A stretch of 64,000 nt of DNA from an uncultured Thermodesulfobacteriota bacterium (GTDB taxonomy: Bacteria; Desulfobacterota; GWC2-55-46; JADFVP01): the NCBI GenBank assembly GCA_964407495.1, contig CAYOVP010000004.1, forward strand, positions 329-64,328. Reading direction: 5' to 3'. The notes under the pieces were generated by a model that did no database searches, had not been told where the DNA came from, and saw nothing but the letters and a program-made list of their open reading frames with translations. Positions 27,970 to 37,105 of this stretch are shown here, one piece after another (position 1 is the first letter of the stretch; each line of letters starts with the position of its first letter). Made by a program: the position numbers and the translations under genes.

Positions 27970-29034
27970 TCAGAACCCGTCTGTATCTCCATATGTGAGG
28001 TGCCAGTTGGAAAGGTTCATCTGAAAATCGTTCTCTTCTTCACTGCTCCTGCCGACATAGACTATGGGGAAGGAATCAAAGCCCTTGCCGCCCTCGAAAC
28101 CTGCTTCTTCGAGATAAGGGGCCATGGGGCTCCCAGGGACCACGGCGCAGAGGCAGAACTCGGCGTCACGCTCCACAAAGTACCTGAGCGCGCTCTTTAA
28201 GAGAAACTCCGCCGTCTCTTCCTTTGAGAGAAAATCAATTACAAAGCCCACCTTCTCCTCGCCAGAGTCGCTCATCTTGAGTACCACGTACCCGGTTACG
28301 TCCTCTCCATCCCTCGCCGTCAGGATAATATAGCCTCTGTCCGAGTATCTCCAGTGCAGGTATCTTCCATTACGTATGGCCGAGATGCGCAAGGTCTCCT
28401 TTACCTCGTCCCAGAGCCTGTCGAGCGCAGGAAGAGTTGCCTCTCCAAAGCCCCCTGCCTCCTCTATCGTATGCCCTCCAGTAGAGAGGGTGGCAGAGTA
28501 AAAGGCCTTACTCAGTCTGTGAGCCGAGTTCACGAGCGAGCCTGGAAGCCGTGGCATGCGCCTCTTAACCGCGCCCTTGAGGCTTAGCCTGCGCCAGAAC
28601 TGCTCCATCCTGCCGAGGTCCTTGTATCCGAGGAGTTTCTTTCCCACCTTGTAGGCCACTTCATTGGGAAAGCCAAAGCCAAAGCGCGCCTCCTGGGCCG
28701 CCAGTGCTACCCCCTCCCTGAACATGTCCCTGAGCATCTTTATCCCAACCTTTGCCCCAGGGTCTATCATAGTGTCCACGGGCTGGCATGCCTTTACTAC
28801 CTCGCCCCCGCATATCATATCCACTGGCATGCTGGCGTAATGGCCCACTATCTCGCCTCCCCTGTCCAGGAGCATTATCCACTGAGACGGGTCGCCTACG
28901 GCTGGGTTCTCTATGTACTTCCACCTCCACTGCTCTATGGTACGGTTCTTTCCAAAGACCCTGTTGAAGAGGTCGTTTATGCCCTCTTCATCACCATCCC
29001 TGTATGGACGGCTCTTTATGGACGTATCTACCAT
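27970..29034 (-). CDS. GNAT-fold acyl/aminoacyltransferase (FemAB/BioF2-like, Acetyltransf_6-type)
   Basis: 354 aa. Domain architecture and glycan-cluster context. Family assignment is moderate. Confidence 0.45.
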   Translation of the reverse strand: MVDTSIKSRPYRDGDEEGINDLFNRVFGKNRTIEQWRWKYIENPAVGDPSQWIMLLDRGGEIVGHYASMPVDMICGGEVVKACQPVDTMIDPGAKVGIKMLRDMFREGVALAAQEARFGFGFPNEVAYKVGKKLLGYKDLGRMEQFWRRLSLKGAVKRRMPRLPGSLVNSAHRLSKAFYSATLSTGGHTIEEAGGFGEATLPALDRLWDEVKETLRISAIRNGRYLHWRYSDRGYIILTARDGEDVTGYVVLKMSDSGEEKVGFVIDFLSKEETAEFLLKSALRYFVERDAEFCLCAVVPGSPMAPYLEEAGFEGGKGFDSFPIVYVGRSSEEENDFQMNLSNWHLTYGDTDGF

Positions 29035-29792
29035 CTTACCAACTCCCCGAGCCTGCGGTACTCGTGCGAGCCACAGGCCATGAAGACCTCGGCATATCCC
29101 CTGCCGCCGGTTACGGCAGAATAATACCTCGATAGCCCTGAAACTGCGCCAAGCAGGTCCGCTGTCCTTATCTGTGACCTATGCTCCCTGAGGGCCCTTT
29201 CCTTGAGTTCCTGGTACGGCGTAACATCCACCACAACGTTGAAGGCCGGAAGCGGCGTCCATACCCCGTAGCAGTAGCAGAGCACCTCTGGCGTAGACTT
29301 GATGGCAGAGAGAAAGACCCTGCTCGTTGCCATGTGGTCCGGGTGGTCGTCGAGGAGAAAGGGCAGGAAGACAGCCTCTGGGACAAAGTCCCTTATGATT
29401 GCACCGAGGTCTACGGCGGCGTTCCTCGAGGTAGAGAGTTCGCCGTCTTTATTGGAGAGGAAGACGAGGTCGTCGATTCCGATGATGGCCGCCGCCCTCT
29501 CTGCCTCGCTCTGGCGAATACTCACCAGGTCCTCGCCCGCCTCTGCCTCACCACCCCTTCGGCCGTCTGTCATGTACACCGTTGTAATAGTGGCACCTCG
29601 TTCGTGGTATAGCCTGAGTGCCCCGCCGCAACCTATTATGTCATCATCAGGGTGAGGCGCAAGCACGAGGACGCGCTTCTCGTCAAGGCCCTCGATCCTC
29701 GCCTTACGTAAGTGCCTGAAGAGGTCTATGGAGCCCTTCAGCCTCGTTGGGATGAGGTTCCTGTAGATATTTCTTATGAGCGCGTTCGTCAT
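29028..29792 (-). CDS. PIG-L/LmbE family N-acetylglucosaminyl deacetylase. Start trimmed to an internal Met that overlaps the upstream stop in an ATGA arrangement.
   Basis: RVLVLAPHPDDDIIGCGGALRLYHERGATITTVYMTDGRRG (PIG-L HPDDD motif). The listed ORF's Arg/Gly/His-rich 120-aa N-extension overlaps the upstream gene and is probably not translated. Confidence 0.7.
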   Translation of the reverse strand: MTNALIRNIYRNLIPTRLKGSIDLFRHLRKARIEGLDEKRVLVLAPHPDDDIIGCGGALRLYHERGATITTVYMTDGRRGGEAEAGEDLVSIRQSEAERAAAIIGIDDLVFLSNKDGELSTSRNAAVDLGAIIRDFVPEAVFLPFLLDDHPDHMATSRVFLSAIKSTPEVLCYCYGVWTPLPAFNVVVDVTPYQELKERALREHRSQIRTADLLGAVSGLSRYYSAVTGGRGYAEVFMACGSHEYRRLGELVRW

Positions 29793-31450
29793 CCGAAGTA
29801 CCCGAGGTCTCGAAGTGCCTTCTTTACCTTCTCCGATTCTTCGCCGTCGAGCACCCCCTCGCCCCTTGCCGTAAGCCGTTCTGCCGAGGGGCCCCTCACC
29901 ATGGCATGGGACTTTCGGTACTCCTCGGTAAAGGCCCTGTTCAGAACCTCTCCATCCATGTCCTCTGGCACCGAGAGGCCCATCATGTAAAGAAGGGTGG
30001 GCGCAATGTCCACGATGCGGGCATCTTCGATGCGCTGGCCCGGTCTTATTCCCCTGCCCTTTAGGATGAACATCCCCTCGGGCCTGTGGGTGCCCGAACT
30101 CTTGTAGGCGCGGTGAAAAAAGCCTCTGTGGTGTATCTCCTTCTGCATGAGGCACTTGCCGTCCTTCATGAAGACGAAGATATCCGGGGCATCGTCCACG
30201 TAGGGGCCATTGTACACATCCTCCTTTCGGCAGATATCCACCTCGAGCCTCCTGCCTGTAGAGGGGTCGATGACCTCGCGGAGCCGTTCCATAATGCGTG
30301 TCCTCAGGGCCTCGTATTCCTCGCCCTTCTCGACTATGCCCCCAGGCTCGCGGCCCTTGAGGTTTATGTATATACCCTGCTCGGTATGATTGCCTCCATA
30401 GGCGAGCGTCCGGTCCCAGTTGATAAAGGCCGCAACATTAAGGCCCTCACGCGGGTCAACGACGCGTCCGAGGGCCCTCAACTTGTCCATGGGCACTGTC
30501 CAGCCTATGCCAGGAAACCTCAGCCTTCTAAGGGCCTTGTACAATACGTGGGGCCAGCGGAACCTGCGTAGTGGTTCGAAGGACTTTCTGAAGGATAGAA
30601 AACCCTCGCTTGCGAGCCAGTTGTTAACGGAAAATCCCTCTTCTTCTGTCCCGGCGCCGTGGTCCGAGAGGACAATGACCGTAGTGTCCTTGGGGGCCCT
30701 GCCGAGGATCTCGCCCATAACAGAGTCTATCTTCTCATAGAACTCGGGGATTATGCCACCGTACTTGGAGGCAAGGGCCTTGTCATGGAGCGGGTGCGAG
30801 GGGTCGAAGAACTTCCAGAAGTGGTGTTGCATGACATCCACGCTGTAGAATACAGGCATGAATACATCCCAGTCCTTATTTTCCATAAGGTACAACATGG
30901 TCTTTCTACGCACCTCGAAGATCTGCCGCCACTCGGAGAGGAACTTGTCGAGATCGTTCGTGTAAAGGCTCTCAAGGTCGCCGTAGAGCACACGATACTC
31001 GCCGAACCTTCCCTGTATCTCGTCCATGAGGCCCGGGGGATGCGTAAAGGCCTTGCCGTCAAAGGAGTACTGGACACCTGGAATGATGAAGCCCTTTATC
31101 TCTTCTGGGGGGTGCGTCATGGGCAGGTTGATGACACCAACCCTGTAGCCGAGGTCTGAGAGAATCCGCCAGAGGGTCTTCGCCTTTATGTACTTTGAAT
31201 TGAGTATGGGTCTTACGTAGCCATATGTGGGCGGCACATAGAAATCGAATACGCCGTGCTTGCCGGGATTCTTTCCCGTCATGAAGGAGACCCATGCCGG
31301 AGGGGTAACAGGTGGCGTGGTCGAACGGAGTTCTCCCCAGGCCCCCTCCTCCATGAGAGAGGCCATGTTCGGTAGACGCCCCTCTCTGACCATGGGGAGG
31401 ATTATATCGAGTGTGGCGCTGTCTATGCCTATTATTACGACCTTTTTCAT
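29789..31450 (-). CDS. Alkaline-phosphatase-superfamily enzyme (type I phosphodiesterase/NPP family). Paralog 2 of 3.
   Basis: VIIGIDSATLDII...TPPVTPPAWVSFMTGKNPGKHGVFDFY...VLSDHG. 553 aa. Confidence 0.65.
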   Translation of the reverse strand: MKKVVIIGIDSATLDIILPMVREGRLPNMASLMEEGAWGELRSTTPPVTPPAWVSFMTGKNPGKHGVFDFYVPPTYGYVRPILNSKYIKAKTLWRILSDLGYRVGVINLPMTHPPEEIKGFIIPGVQYSFDGKAFTHPPGLMDEIQGRFGEYRVLYGDLESLYTNDLDKFLSEWRQIFEVRRKTMLYLMENKDWDVFMPVFYSVDVMQHHFWKFFDPSHPLHDKALASKYGGIIPEFYEKIDSVMGEILGRAPKDTTVIVLSDHGAGTEEEGFSVNNWLASEGFLSFRKSFEPLRRFRWPHVLYKALRRLRFPGIGWTVPMDKLRALGRVVDPREGLNVAAFINWDRTLAYGGNHTEQGIYINLKGREPGGIVEKGEEYEALRTRIMERLREVIDPSTGRRLEVDICRKEDVYNGPYVDDAPDIFVFMKDGKCLMQKEIHHRGFFHRAYKSSGTHRPEGMFILKGRGIRPGQRIEDARIVDIAPTLLYMMGLSVPEDMDGEVLNRAFTEEYRKSHAMVRGPSAERLTARGEGVLDGEESEKVKKALRDLGYFG

Positions 31451-31466
31451 GATAAGATCTCTTTCC

Positions 31467-32633
31467 TCATATGGCGCTCTTTCTCCGGCCCCTTATCCTT
31501 CTGCCTGAAGGTCCGGCCCCGGTCTTCCCGGCTCCCCCGGCACTCCCGTGGCAGGCCTTTTCCTGGCCCTTCATCATTTCCACAAAGGCCTTCTCCACCA
31601 CCTCAACGCCTATCCTCTCCACGCAGTTAGGAATAGGGAACCTGCACTCGTCGTCCTGATAACACTCCTGCATCTTCTCCCCAGGCGAAAAGAGCGCCAT
31701 GGGCCTGTAATAGGGACACTCCCCCGGGGCCTGCAGAGCCCTGTTCCCTGGACCGTATGGCCCGGCAATCACACCAGAGGTGGGGCCGTATAACCCGAGG
31801 GTCGGCACCCCGAGGGCGGCGGCAAGGTGCGTAAGCCCTGTGTCCACGCCAATAAAGCCCCTGCACTCAGAGACAAGACCGCGAAGAAGGCCAAAGTCTA
31901 CTATGCCCACAGTCCTAAAGCCGTGCCCGCGACTACCGCACCCCTTCCGCACGCCTTCGAGGAAGGCCTCGTCTGCGCAGAAGAGGAGGATATCATAGCC
32001 CTTGTCCTCGAGCCTCTTAATCAGTTCCGAGGTAAGTGACGGGGGCCAGTTCTTTATCTTCATGTTGCTCACCGGCGCAACGCCGATAAGCCTTGCCGCC
32101 GGGCCCTTCAAGAACTTCCTCGCCTCCACGAGTGAACGCCCGGGCACCTCTACGACGGGGCCGCGGTGTCCCTTGACGCTGAACCCGGCGTCTTCAAGTA
32201 TCTTCAGGTATGTATCGACAATATGGCGGTCTTTCCTGACCTCTTTTCTGAGGGCCGGTCCCATATGTACCCGCCTCAGCCTGCATATCCTCGCAGCGGC
32301 CTCCAGGCCCCTCTGCGGCATACGTTCGTCACCCCTGAGTCCTATTGTATCGAATCGCCCCCTTAAAAAAAAGCGGCAGAGCCTCATGAGCCGCATGGCG
32401 CGCCCGCCCCCTCCAAGGAGAGGCTCCAGGCAATAGACCCTGTCAACTGAGGAGAGGGCCTCTACAAAGGGCATGGAGTACCTGTTGGTCAGGACGGATA
32501 TCTCCACCCCGGCTATGTTCTCCTTGAGAGTACTGTACACCGTCGAGAGGAGTACGGCATCTCCCATGGCCAGGTACTGGTGGACGAAGAGCACCCTCTT
32601 CGAGTCTCTTATGCCCTCAAGACCGGTCATCAC
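31467..32633 (-). CDS. Glycosyltransferase family 9 (heptosyltransferase-like). Contains an in-frame A8 tract at 32365-32372.
   Basis: LFVHQYLAMGDAVLLSTVYSTLKENIAGVEISVLT and IGVDTGLTHLAAALGVPTLGLYGPTS. Confidence 0.7.
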   Translation of the reverse strand: MMTGLEGIRDSKRVLFVHQYLAMGDAVLLSTVYSTLKENIAGVEISVLTNRYSMPFVEALSSVDRVYCLEPLLGGGGRAMRLMRLCRFFLRGRFDTIGLRGDERMPQRGLEAAARICRLRRVHMGPALRKEVRKDRHIVDTYLKILEDAGFSVKGHRGPVVEVPGRSLVEARKFLKGPAARLIGVAPVSNMKIKNWPPSLTSELIKRLEDKGYDILLFCADEAFLEGVRKGCGSRGHGFRTVGIVDFGLLRGLVSECRGFIGVDTGLTHLAAALGVPTLGLYGPTSGVIAGPYGPGNRALQAPGECPYYRPMALFSPGEKMQECYQDDECRFPIPNCVERIGVEVVEKAFVEMMKGQEKACHGSAGGAGKTGAGPSGRRIRGRRKSAI

Positions 32634-34291
32634 TCCATGTATCCCAGGGCCCTCAGGCCTTCCTTTATACTGTCCTCTTCCTCGGCAGAGAACTCGGTCT
32701 CGCCCCTATCGGCCTCTACCTCCTTGGAATCATCATAATAGGCCGGAGGGTTGGCCTTCAGTAACTTAGCGCTCATGCCGCCTGTCATGACCTTGCCGTC
32801 CATACTCTCGGGGACTGGTCTGCCCATGAGATAGAGGGCGGTTGGCGCTATATCCATTATATTGAGATCCTTCAGTTCTACGCCGGCCTTTATTTCCGGG
32901 CCGTGCATGAGCATTATGCCGTCCATGCGGTGAGGAGCCGGGGTGGGGTCCTCCGGCCTCTCAAGGACAGGGCCCTCGCCTGCATCAGGGCTCATGGCAT
33001 GGGCCACGTCCTTTGGGATGACTATGATATCAGCCGCATTCTCCATATAGGGGCCGTGGTAGGCCTTGTCACGGCGATAGGCGGCATCAAAGAGATTCTC
33101 TCCTGTCTCAGGGTCCTTGAGATCGAGAAACTTCTTTATTACCTCCTCAACCACCCTGTCGTAATCCTTGGGGTCCACGATTCCCTCTGGCTCCCTGCCC
33201 TTGAGGTTAAGCCGTATGGCGCCGTCTTTCCATGGCGGTATGGCGTAGACCCTTGTCTTCGACCAGTCCACGAGGTCGGAGAAAGTGGCCCTGCTCTGGG
33301 GGCGTGGGTAGGGGACGTGTATATCACGGAGGTAGTGTGGAAGTATGCGCTTTACCATGGGTACGGGGCTTCGCTCTATGAAGTCCTGGAGCGGCCTCTC
33401 GTTCATGTAGAATTTCTGGTGCCTCGTTGCGAAGAGGCCCTCTTGGCGGAGCCACCTGTTTATATAGAACCTCTTTTTCATGGGCCCGCCACCGTGATCA
33501 GACATTATGATGGTGACGGCGTCCTTGCCCATGGCCTCCATGAGGTCTGCGATGATAGTGTCCATCCTCTCGTACAACTGGGCTATTACATTCCTGAACT
33601 TGGCTGTGAGTTCCTTGTGTGCGGCGGCGTATTCTTCATCGAGAAACTTGAAGGTCTCGTGCTGAAGCAGGTCCGTGCTCCTGAAGACGATCATGAAGAA
33701 ATCAAAGGGCCCCTTCTTGTTCATGAGATAAAGGGCCGCGTCTCTTCTCATCTCCGTGTACCTGTAGAGCCCGGCGAGGCGCTCTATCATATTGCCGCGC
33801 ATGGCCGAGAGAGTTCGGTCTATCATGTACCCGCCTATCTCACGGATAATCTCGGTATGCAGCGAAGAGGGATGCGTAAAGTTGGCCTCGTCCGAGGGCA
33901 CGGGCCAGCCGGATATCATGCAACCGTTTATCTCCTCCGGAGGATAGGTCATGGGTATGTCCATGAGCCCCACGCGTTCCTTGTCGAGGTAGTTCCAGAT
34001 CCTCTTTGCCTTTATGGACCTGCCAGAGATCATGCCCGTGTCGTAGGAGCCTTGTTTCGGCTGTGTATAAAAGTTGAAGACCCCGTGTTTACCCGGGTTT
34101 ACGCCTGTCATGAAAGAAGACCAGGCCGGGGCAGTGAGCGGTGGTATGGTGGAACGGAGCGGGCCCCATGCGCCTTTTTTCATGAACTTCCCGAAGGTCG
34201 GCAACTTGCCGGCCCTGACCATGGGCTTTATAATATCGAATGTTGCGCCATCAAGGCCTATAATGAGAACCCTTTTCTTCTTTTTCATCAA
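32630..34291 (-). CDS. Alkaline-phosphatase-superfamily enzyme (type I phosphodiesterase/NPP family). Paralog 3 of 3.
   Basis: VLIIGLDGATFDII...STIPPLTAPAWSSFMTGVNPGKHGVFNFY...IMSDHGG. 553 aa. Collinear along its whole length with 29789-31450. Confidence 0.65.
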   Translation of the reverse strand: MMKKKKRVLIIGLDGATFDIIKPMVRAGKLPTFGKFMKKGAWGPLRSTIPPLTAPAWSSFMTGVNPGKHGVFNFYTQPKQGSYDTGMISGRSIKAKRIWNYLDKERVGLMDIPMTYPPEEINGCMISGWPVPSDEANFTHPSSLHTEIIREIGGYMIDRTLSAMRGNMIERLAGLYRYTEMRRDAALYLMNKKGPFDFFMIVFRSTDLLQHETFKFLDEEYAAAHKELTAKFRNVIAQLYERMDTIIADLMEAMGKDAVTIIMSDHGGGPMKKRFYINRWLRQEGLFATRHQKFYMNERPLQDFIERSPVPMVKRILPHYLRDIHVPYPRPQSRATFSDLVDWSKTRVYAIPPWKDGAIRLNLKGREPEGIVDPKDYDRVVEEVIKKFLDLKDPETGENLFDAAYRRDKAYHGPYMENAADIIVIPKDVAHAMSPDAGEGPVLERPEDPTPAPHRMDGIMLMHGPEIKAGVELKDLNIMDIAPTALYLMGRPVPESMDGKVMTGGMSAKLLKANPPAYYDDSKEVEADRGETEFSAEEEDSIKEGLRALGYME

Positions 34292-34540
34292 GTATGCCTC
34301 CCTTGCTTATTTCAACTCTTAGATAGAACCATGTATTTATACGTCTTGTGTAACCTCTGGGTTCTCCGCCTCGCGGAGCGGCGGATAACGCCCGAACTTC
34401 CTGGAATATGCCTCTCTGCCCGCATCCCATGGCGCCAAGTGCCGTCTCTTCACTCACCTGCAGGCCATTGACATAGAGCACCTGTATCTATCTTCCCTTT
34501 TTCATCTTTCCCTGTCCTCCCACCTCCCCCGACCCGACCA

Positions 34541-35983
34541 CTACCCCAGTATATGTCCCGACAGATTCTGAAAGACCCTGTTGTGGTAGAGATAGAGTAC
34601 GTAGAGCACCCCCATAAGGAGGATGAACTTCACCGTTCCGAGAGAGAGGAAGTGGGCGAAGAGCAGGACAATGAATATGGCGGCCATGGGGGAGATGAGC
34701 CTCACGAGTGAGGCCCTCGTGTCTACGGTTACGCCCCACATTATCTTGAGTAGATGATAGCGCAGGAAGGTCTCCACTATCTTGGATATGAGAAAGGCCA
34801 GGGCCGCTCCCACGAAACTGAAGTACCAGATGAGCGGCAGGGCCAGCGTCAGGTCTATGCTGAAGATGAGAAAACGCCATGGTATGAACTTGCTTATCTG
34901 TCTAGAGGCCGCAAGCGTTACCGTGACAGGGGCATTGTATATCTGAAGGGCGAAGGCCCAGCCGAAGATCACCAGGGCAGGCACCGCCGGAAGGTACTTG
35001 GGCCCGAATATGAGTGAAATTATCTCGCCAGGGAAAAAATTCGTGATAAGGATGAGTGGAAAGGCCACGAGTGCCACAAGGTACCTGCTCGACTTCTCGA
35101 TTATGGCCCTTATTACCTCAAGGTTGTCGGCATTGGACGATACAGTGGGAAGCGCGGCCTGACGGAAACCATTGGGAATGAGCATGGCCTGGCGGCAGAG
35201 GGATATGGCGGGGTTATAGTACCCTATGGCCAGGGGGCCGGCGCCTGGGATAACCGAGAGCATGAGCGTATTCACCTGCGTGCTCGCCTGTTGCAGGAAT
35301 GAAAGCACGGCAAAGGGCGCGGACTGGGAGATGAGGTCTTTCCAGACGGCGAAGTCGAAGACAAGCCTGAACCTCATCACCCTGGTCCATATCCATACGC
35401 CGGAGATGAGGGCGCCAGCGATGGAGCCAAGGAGCGTAATGATGACGAGCCCCTTCAGGCCGAAGCCGAGATAGAGTACGGCGATATTGGCTACGTTTGT
35501 AAGGAAGGCCACGAGGACTATCATCACCGAGGGAAACTTGAACTGCTCGCGGGCTATGTAAATGAGGTGAAAGGAGTGCGAGAGGGTGGACACTATTGCC
35601 GTAAGGCCTGTAACATAGACGAGAAAACGAATTTCTTCGCTATATCCCGCAAGTTGTATTATGCCTACGAGTATGGGATAGAAGACAATGACAAGGGTCA
35701 TGCGTATGGAGATGATATGGTTAAAGAGTTCCTCTATCCGCGATCTTTCCCTTGCCATCTCGCGTATGGCCATAGGGCCTATGCCGAGGTTGCCGAAAAA
35801 GGGAAAGAGAAAGGCTATGGTGTTGATGAGGGCGTATATGCCAAAGTCGTGGGGCCCGAGGACACGGGCGGCATAGGCGATGAAGACAAAGGAAAAGACC
35901 TTTGTAGCCACCCCGGCGAAGAGAACGAGGCCGGCGTTTCTTGTAAGTCTTCTGAAGATGCTCATGGCAATAGGGCCTTGCAT
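34541..35983 (-). CDS. wzx: Polysaccharide biosynthesis protein, Wzx-type MOP-family flippase
   Basis: 480 aa with about 12-14 TM helices. N-terminal pattern FAGVATKVFSFVFIAYAARVLGPHDFGIYALINT is typical of Polysacc_synt proteins. Confidence 0.7.
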   Translation of the reverse strand: MQGPIAMSIFRRLTRNAGLVLFAGVATKVFSFVFIAYAARVLGPHDFGIYALINTIAFLFPFFGNLGIGPMAIREMARERSRIEELFNHIISIRMTLVIVFYPILVGIIQLAGYSEEIRFLVYVTGLTAIVSTLSHSFHLIYIAREQFKFPSVMIVLVAFLTNVANIAVLYLGFGLKGLVIITLLGSIAGALISGVWIWTRVMRFRLVFDFAVWKDLISQSAPFAVLSFLQQASTQVNTLMLSVIPGAGPLAIGYYNPAISLCRQAMLIPNGFRQAALPTVSSNADNLEVIRAIIEKSSRYLVALVAFPLILITNFFPGEIISLIFGPKYLPAVPALVIFGWAFALQIYNAPVTVTLAASRQISKFIPWRFLIFSIDLTLALPLIWYFSFVGAALAFLISKIVETFLRYHLLKIMWGVTVDTRASLVRLISPMAAIFIVLLFAHFLSLGTVKFILLMGVLYVLYLYHNRVFQNLSGHILG

Positions 35984-36477
35984 AGAAGGGAAGTCCTGCT
36001 CTCTTGAGGCTTGGGGTAGGTTGAAGAGCGGGGCAACGTAAAGGGAAAGGGCCCTGTAGCCGAGGTCAGGGCGAGATAAATCGGCCCCACCGGGCCCATG
36101 AGATGGTCATACAGACCCATATACATACCCAGGCTAATACAGATGCCTGCCGCCATGAACTGAACTCCATAATCTCAACAGTATCCCAGGGGCCTTCGCG
36201 AGGCCGCAGGGCTCGGTGAGAAAATTCTCAACCCATCTTTCCATTTGTCTTTATTTTCCAGCATTCAATGCGTCTGCGATTCAAAGAGCCGGTGCCTTTT
36301 TCTGAGAGGTCGGTGGATGGTCTCTTATCAGCCATGCCATTGGAGATGAATGCCTCGTATGGGGAGTGTTGCGCAAAAAGTATACAAAAGAAGACTCCGG
36401 GAAAGGACTACGGGACATGAGAGTTTGCCCCGACATGTCGGTTTATGGTAACAAAAAGGAGCCCTTCTGTCAAGAAG

Positions 36478-36505
36478 GAGAGACCGCGCCGTAGCGCGGT
36501 CTCTC
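36478..36505. terminator. 12-bp GC-rich hairpin (gagagaccgcgc cgta gcgcggtctctc) between the small-protein genes and wzx
   Basis: Perfect inverted repeat. T-rich tracts lie 8-20 nt away on either strand. Probable operon-boundary terminator or attenuator. Confidence 0.4.
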
Positions 36506-36572
36506 GTAGTGCTTTTAGACTTTTTTATACGACGATGACTCACCTTTCCTGCCTGGGGAAACGCCAGCCAGA

Positions 36573-36866
36573 TCATCTCGGGAGGATGAAGTGAACGAAG
36601 ATGAAGTACACGCTGTAACTCGCAAATACGAGGAGAAAGACAAGTAGGGCGAGTTCGAGAGAGACGATCTTGTCGCGAACTCCGAGTTTACGCCGCAGTT
36701 TTTCTGCCTCCTCCGGCGTTACCCAGATGCCTTCCCAGAAGTACCTTCCCTCGGCCCTGGCCTCCTTGGCCTCTTGCGCAAGATCCCTCTCGATATCCGC
36801 TCGTATCCCGGCCCTCACCTCCCGGAGGCGTGCCACGAGATTATCGTACTCGGACCTCCTTGACAT
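36573..36866 (-). CDS. Small tail-anchored membrane protein with a charged coiled N-domain and a single C-terminal TM. Function unknown.
   Basis: 97 aa. Translationally coupled to the preceding small ORF (start/stop overlap at 36866). C-terminal LALLVFLLVFASYSVYFIFVHFIL. Confidence 0.4.
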   Translation of the reverse strand: MSRRSEYDNLVARLREVRAGIRADIERDLAQEAKEARAEGRYFWEGIWVTPEEAEKLRRKLGVRDKIVSLELALLVFLLVFASYSVYFIFVHFILPR

Positions 36867-37105
36867 CAGAACTCCATATGCATGGTATAGACAAAGATGA
36901 AGAATGTTATGAAGAGGCTCATAACGCCGAGAAAGACGCCCAGGGCCGCGCCGAAGACGAACTTCACCACGCCGCTCATCTCGCGTAGCAGGAGGCGAGG
37001 CGGCGCAGGGAGATTGGTCTCATCGAGGGAAGATATGCAGAGCCTTGCCCTGGCCCTCTGCTCCTCTTCCTTTCTTATGATACATTCAAGGTCCTTCTCA
37101 TCCAT
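36866..37105 (-). CDS. Small membrane protein with a C-terminal TM. Function unknown.
   Basis: 79 aa with C-terminal FVFGAALGVFLGVMSLFITFFIFVY. Overlaps the wzz stop. Confidence 0.35.
   Translation of the reverse strand: MDEKDLECIIRKEEEQRARARLCISSLDETNLPAPPRLLLREMSGVVKFVFGAALGVFLGVMSLFITFFIFVYTMHMEF

Noticed and set aside
29792-30155. 120-aa Arg/Gly/His-rich N-terminal extension of the PIG-L deacetylase ORF
   Set aside because: Overlaps the 3' end of the upstream AP-family gene. An internal Met in an ATGA overlap gives a standard PIG-L start.
32903-34471. 522-aa plus-strand ORF
   Set aside because: Antisense to the third AP-superfamily paralog, whose own frame carries clear family motifs.
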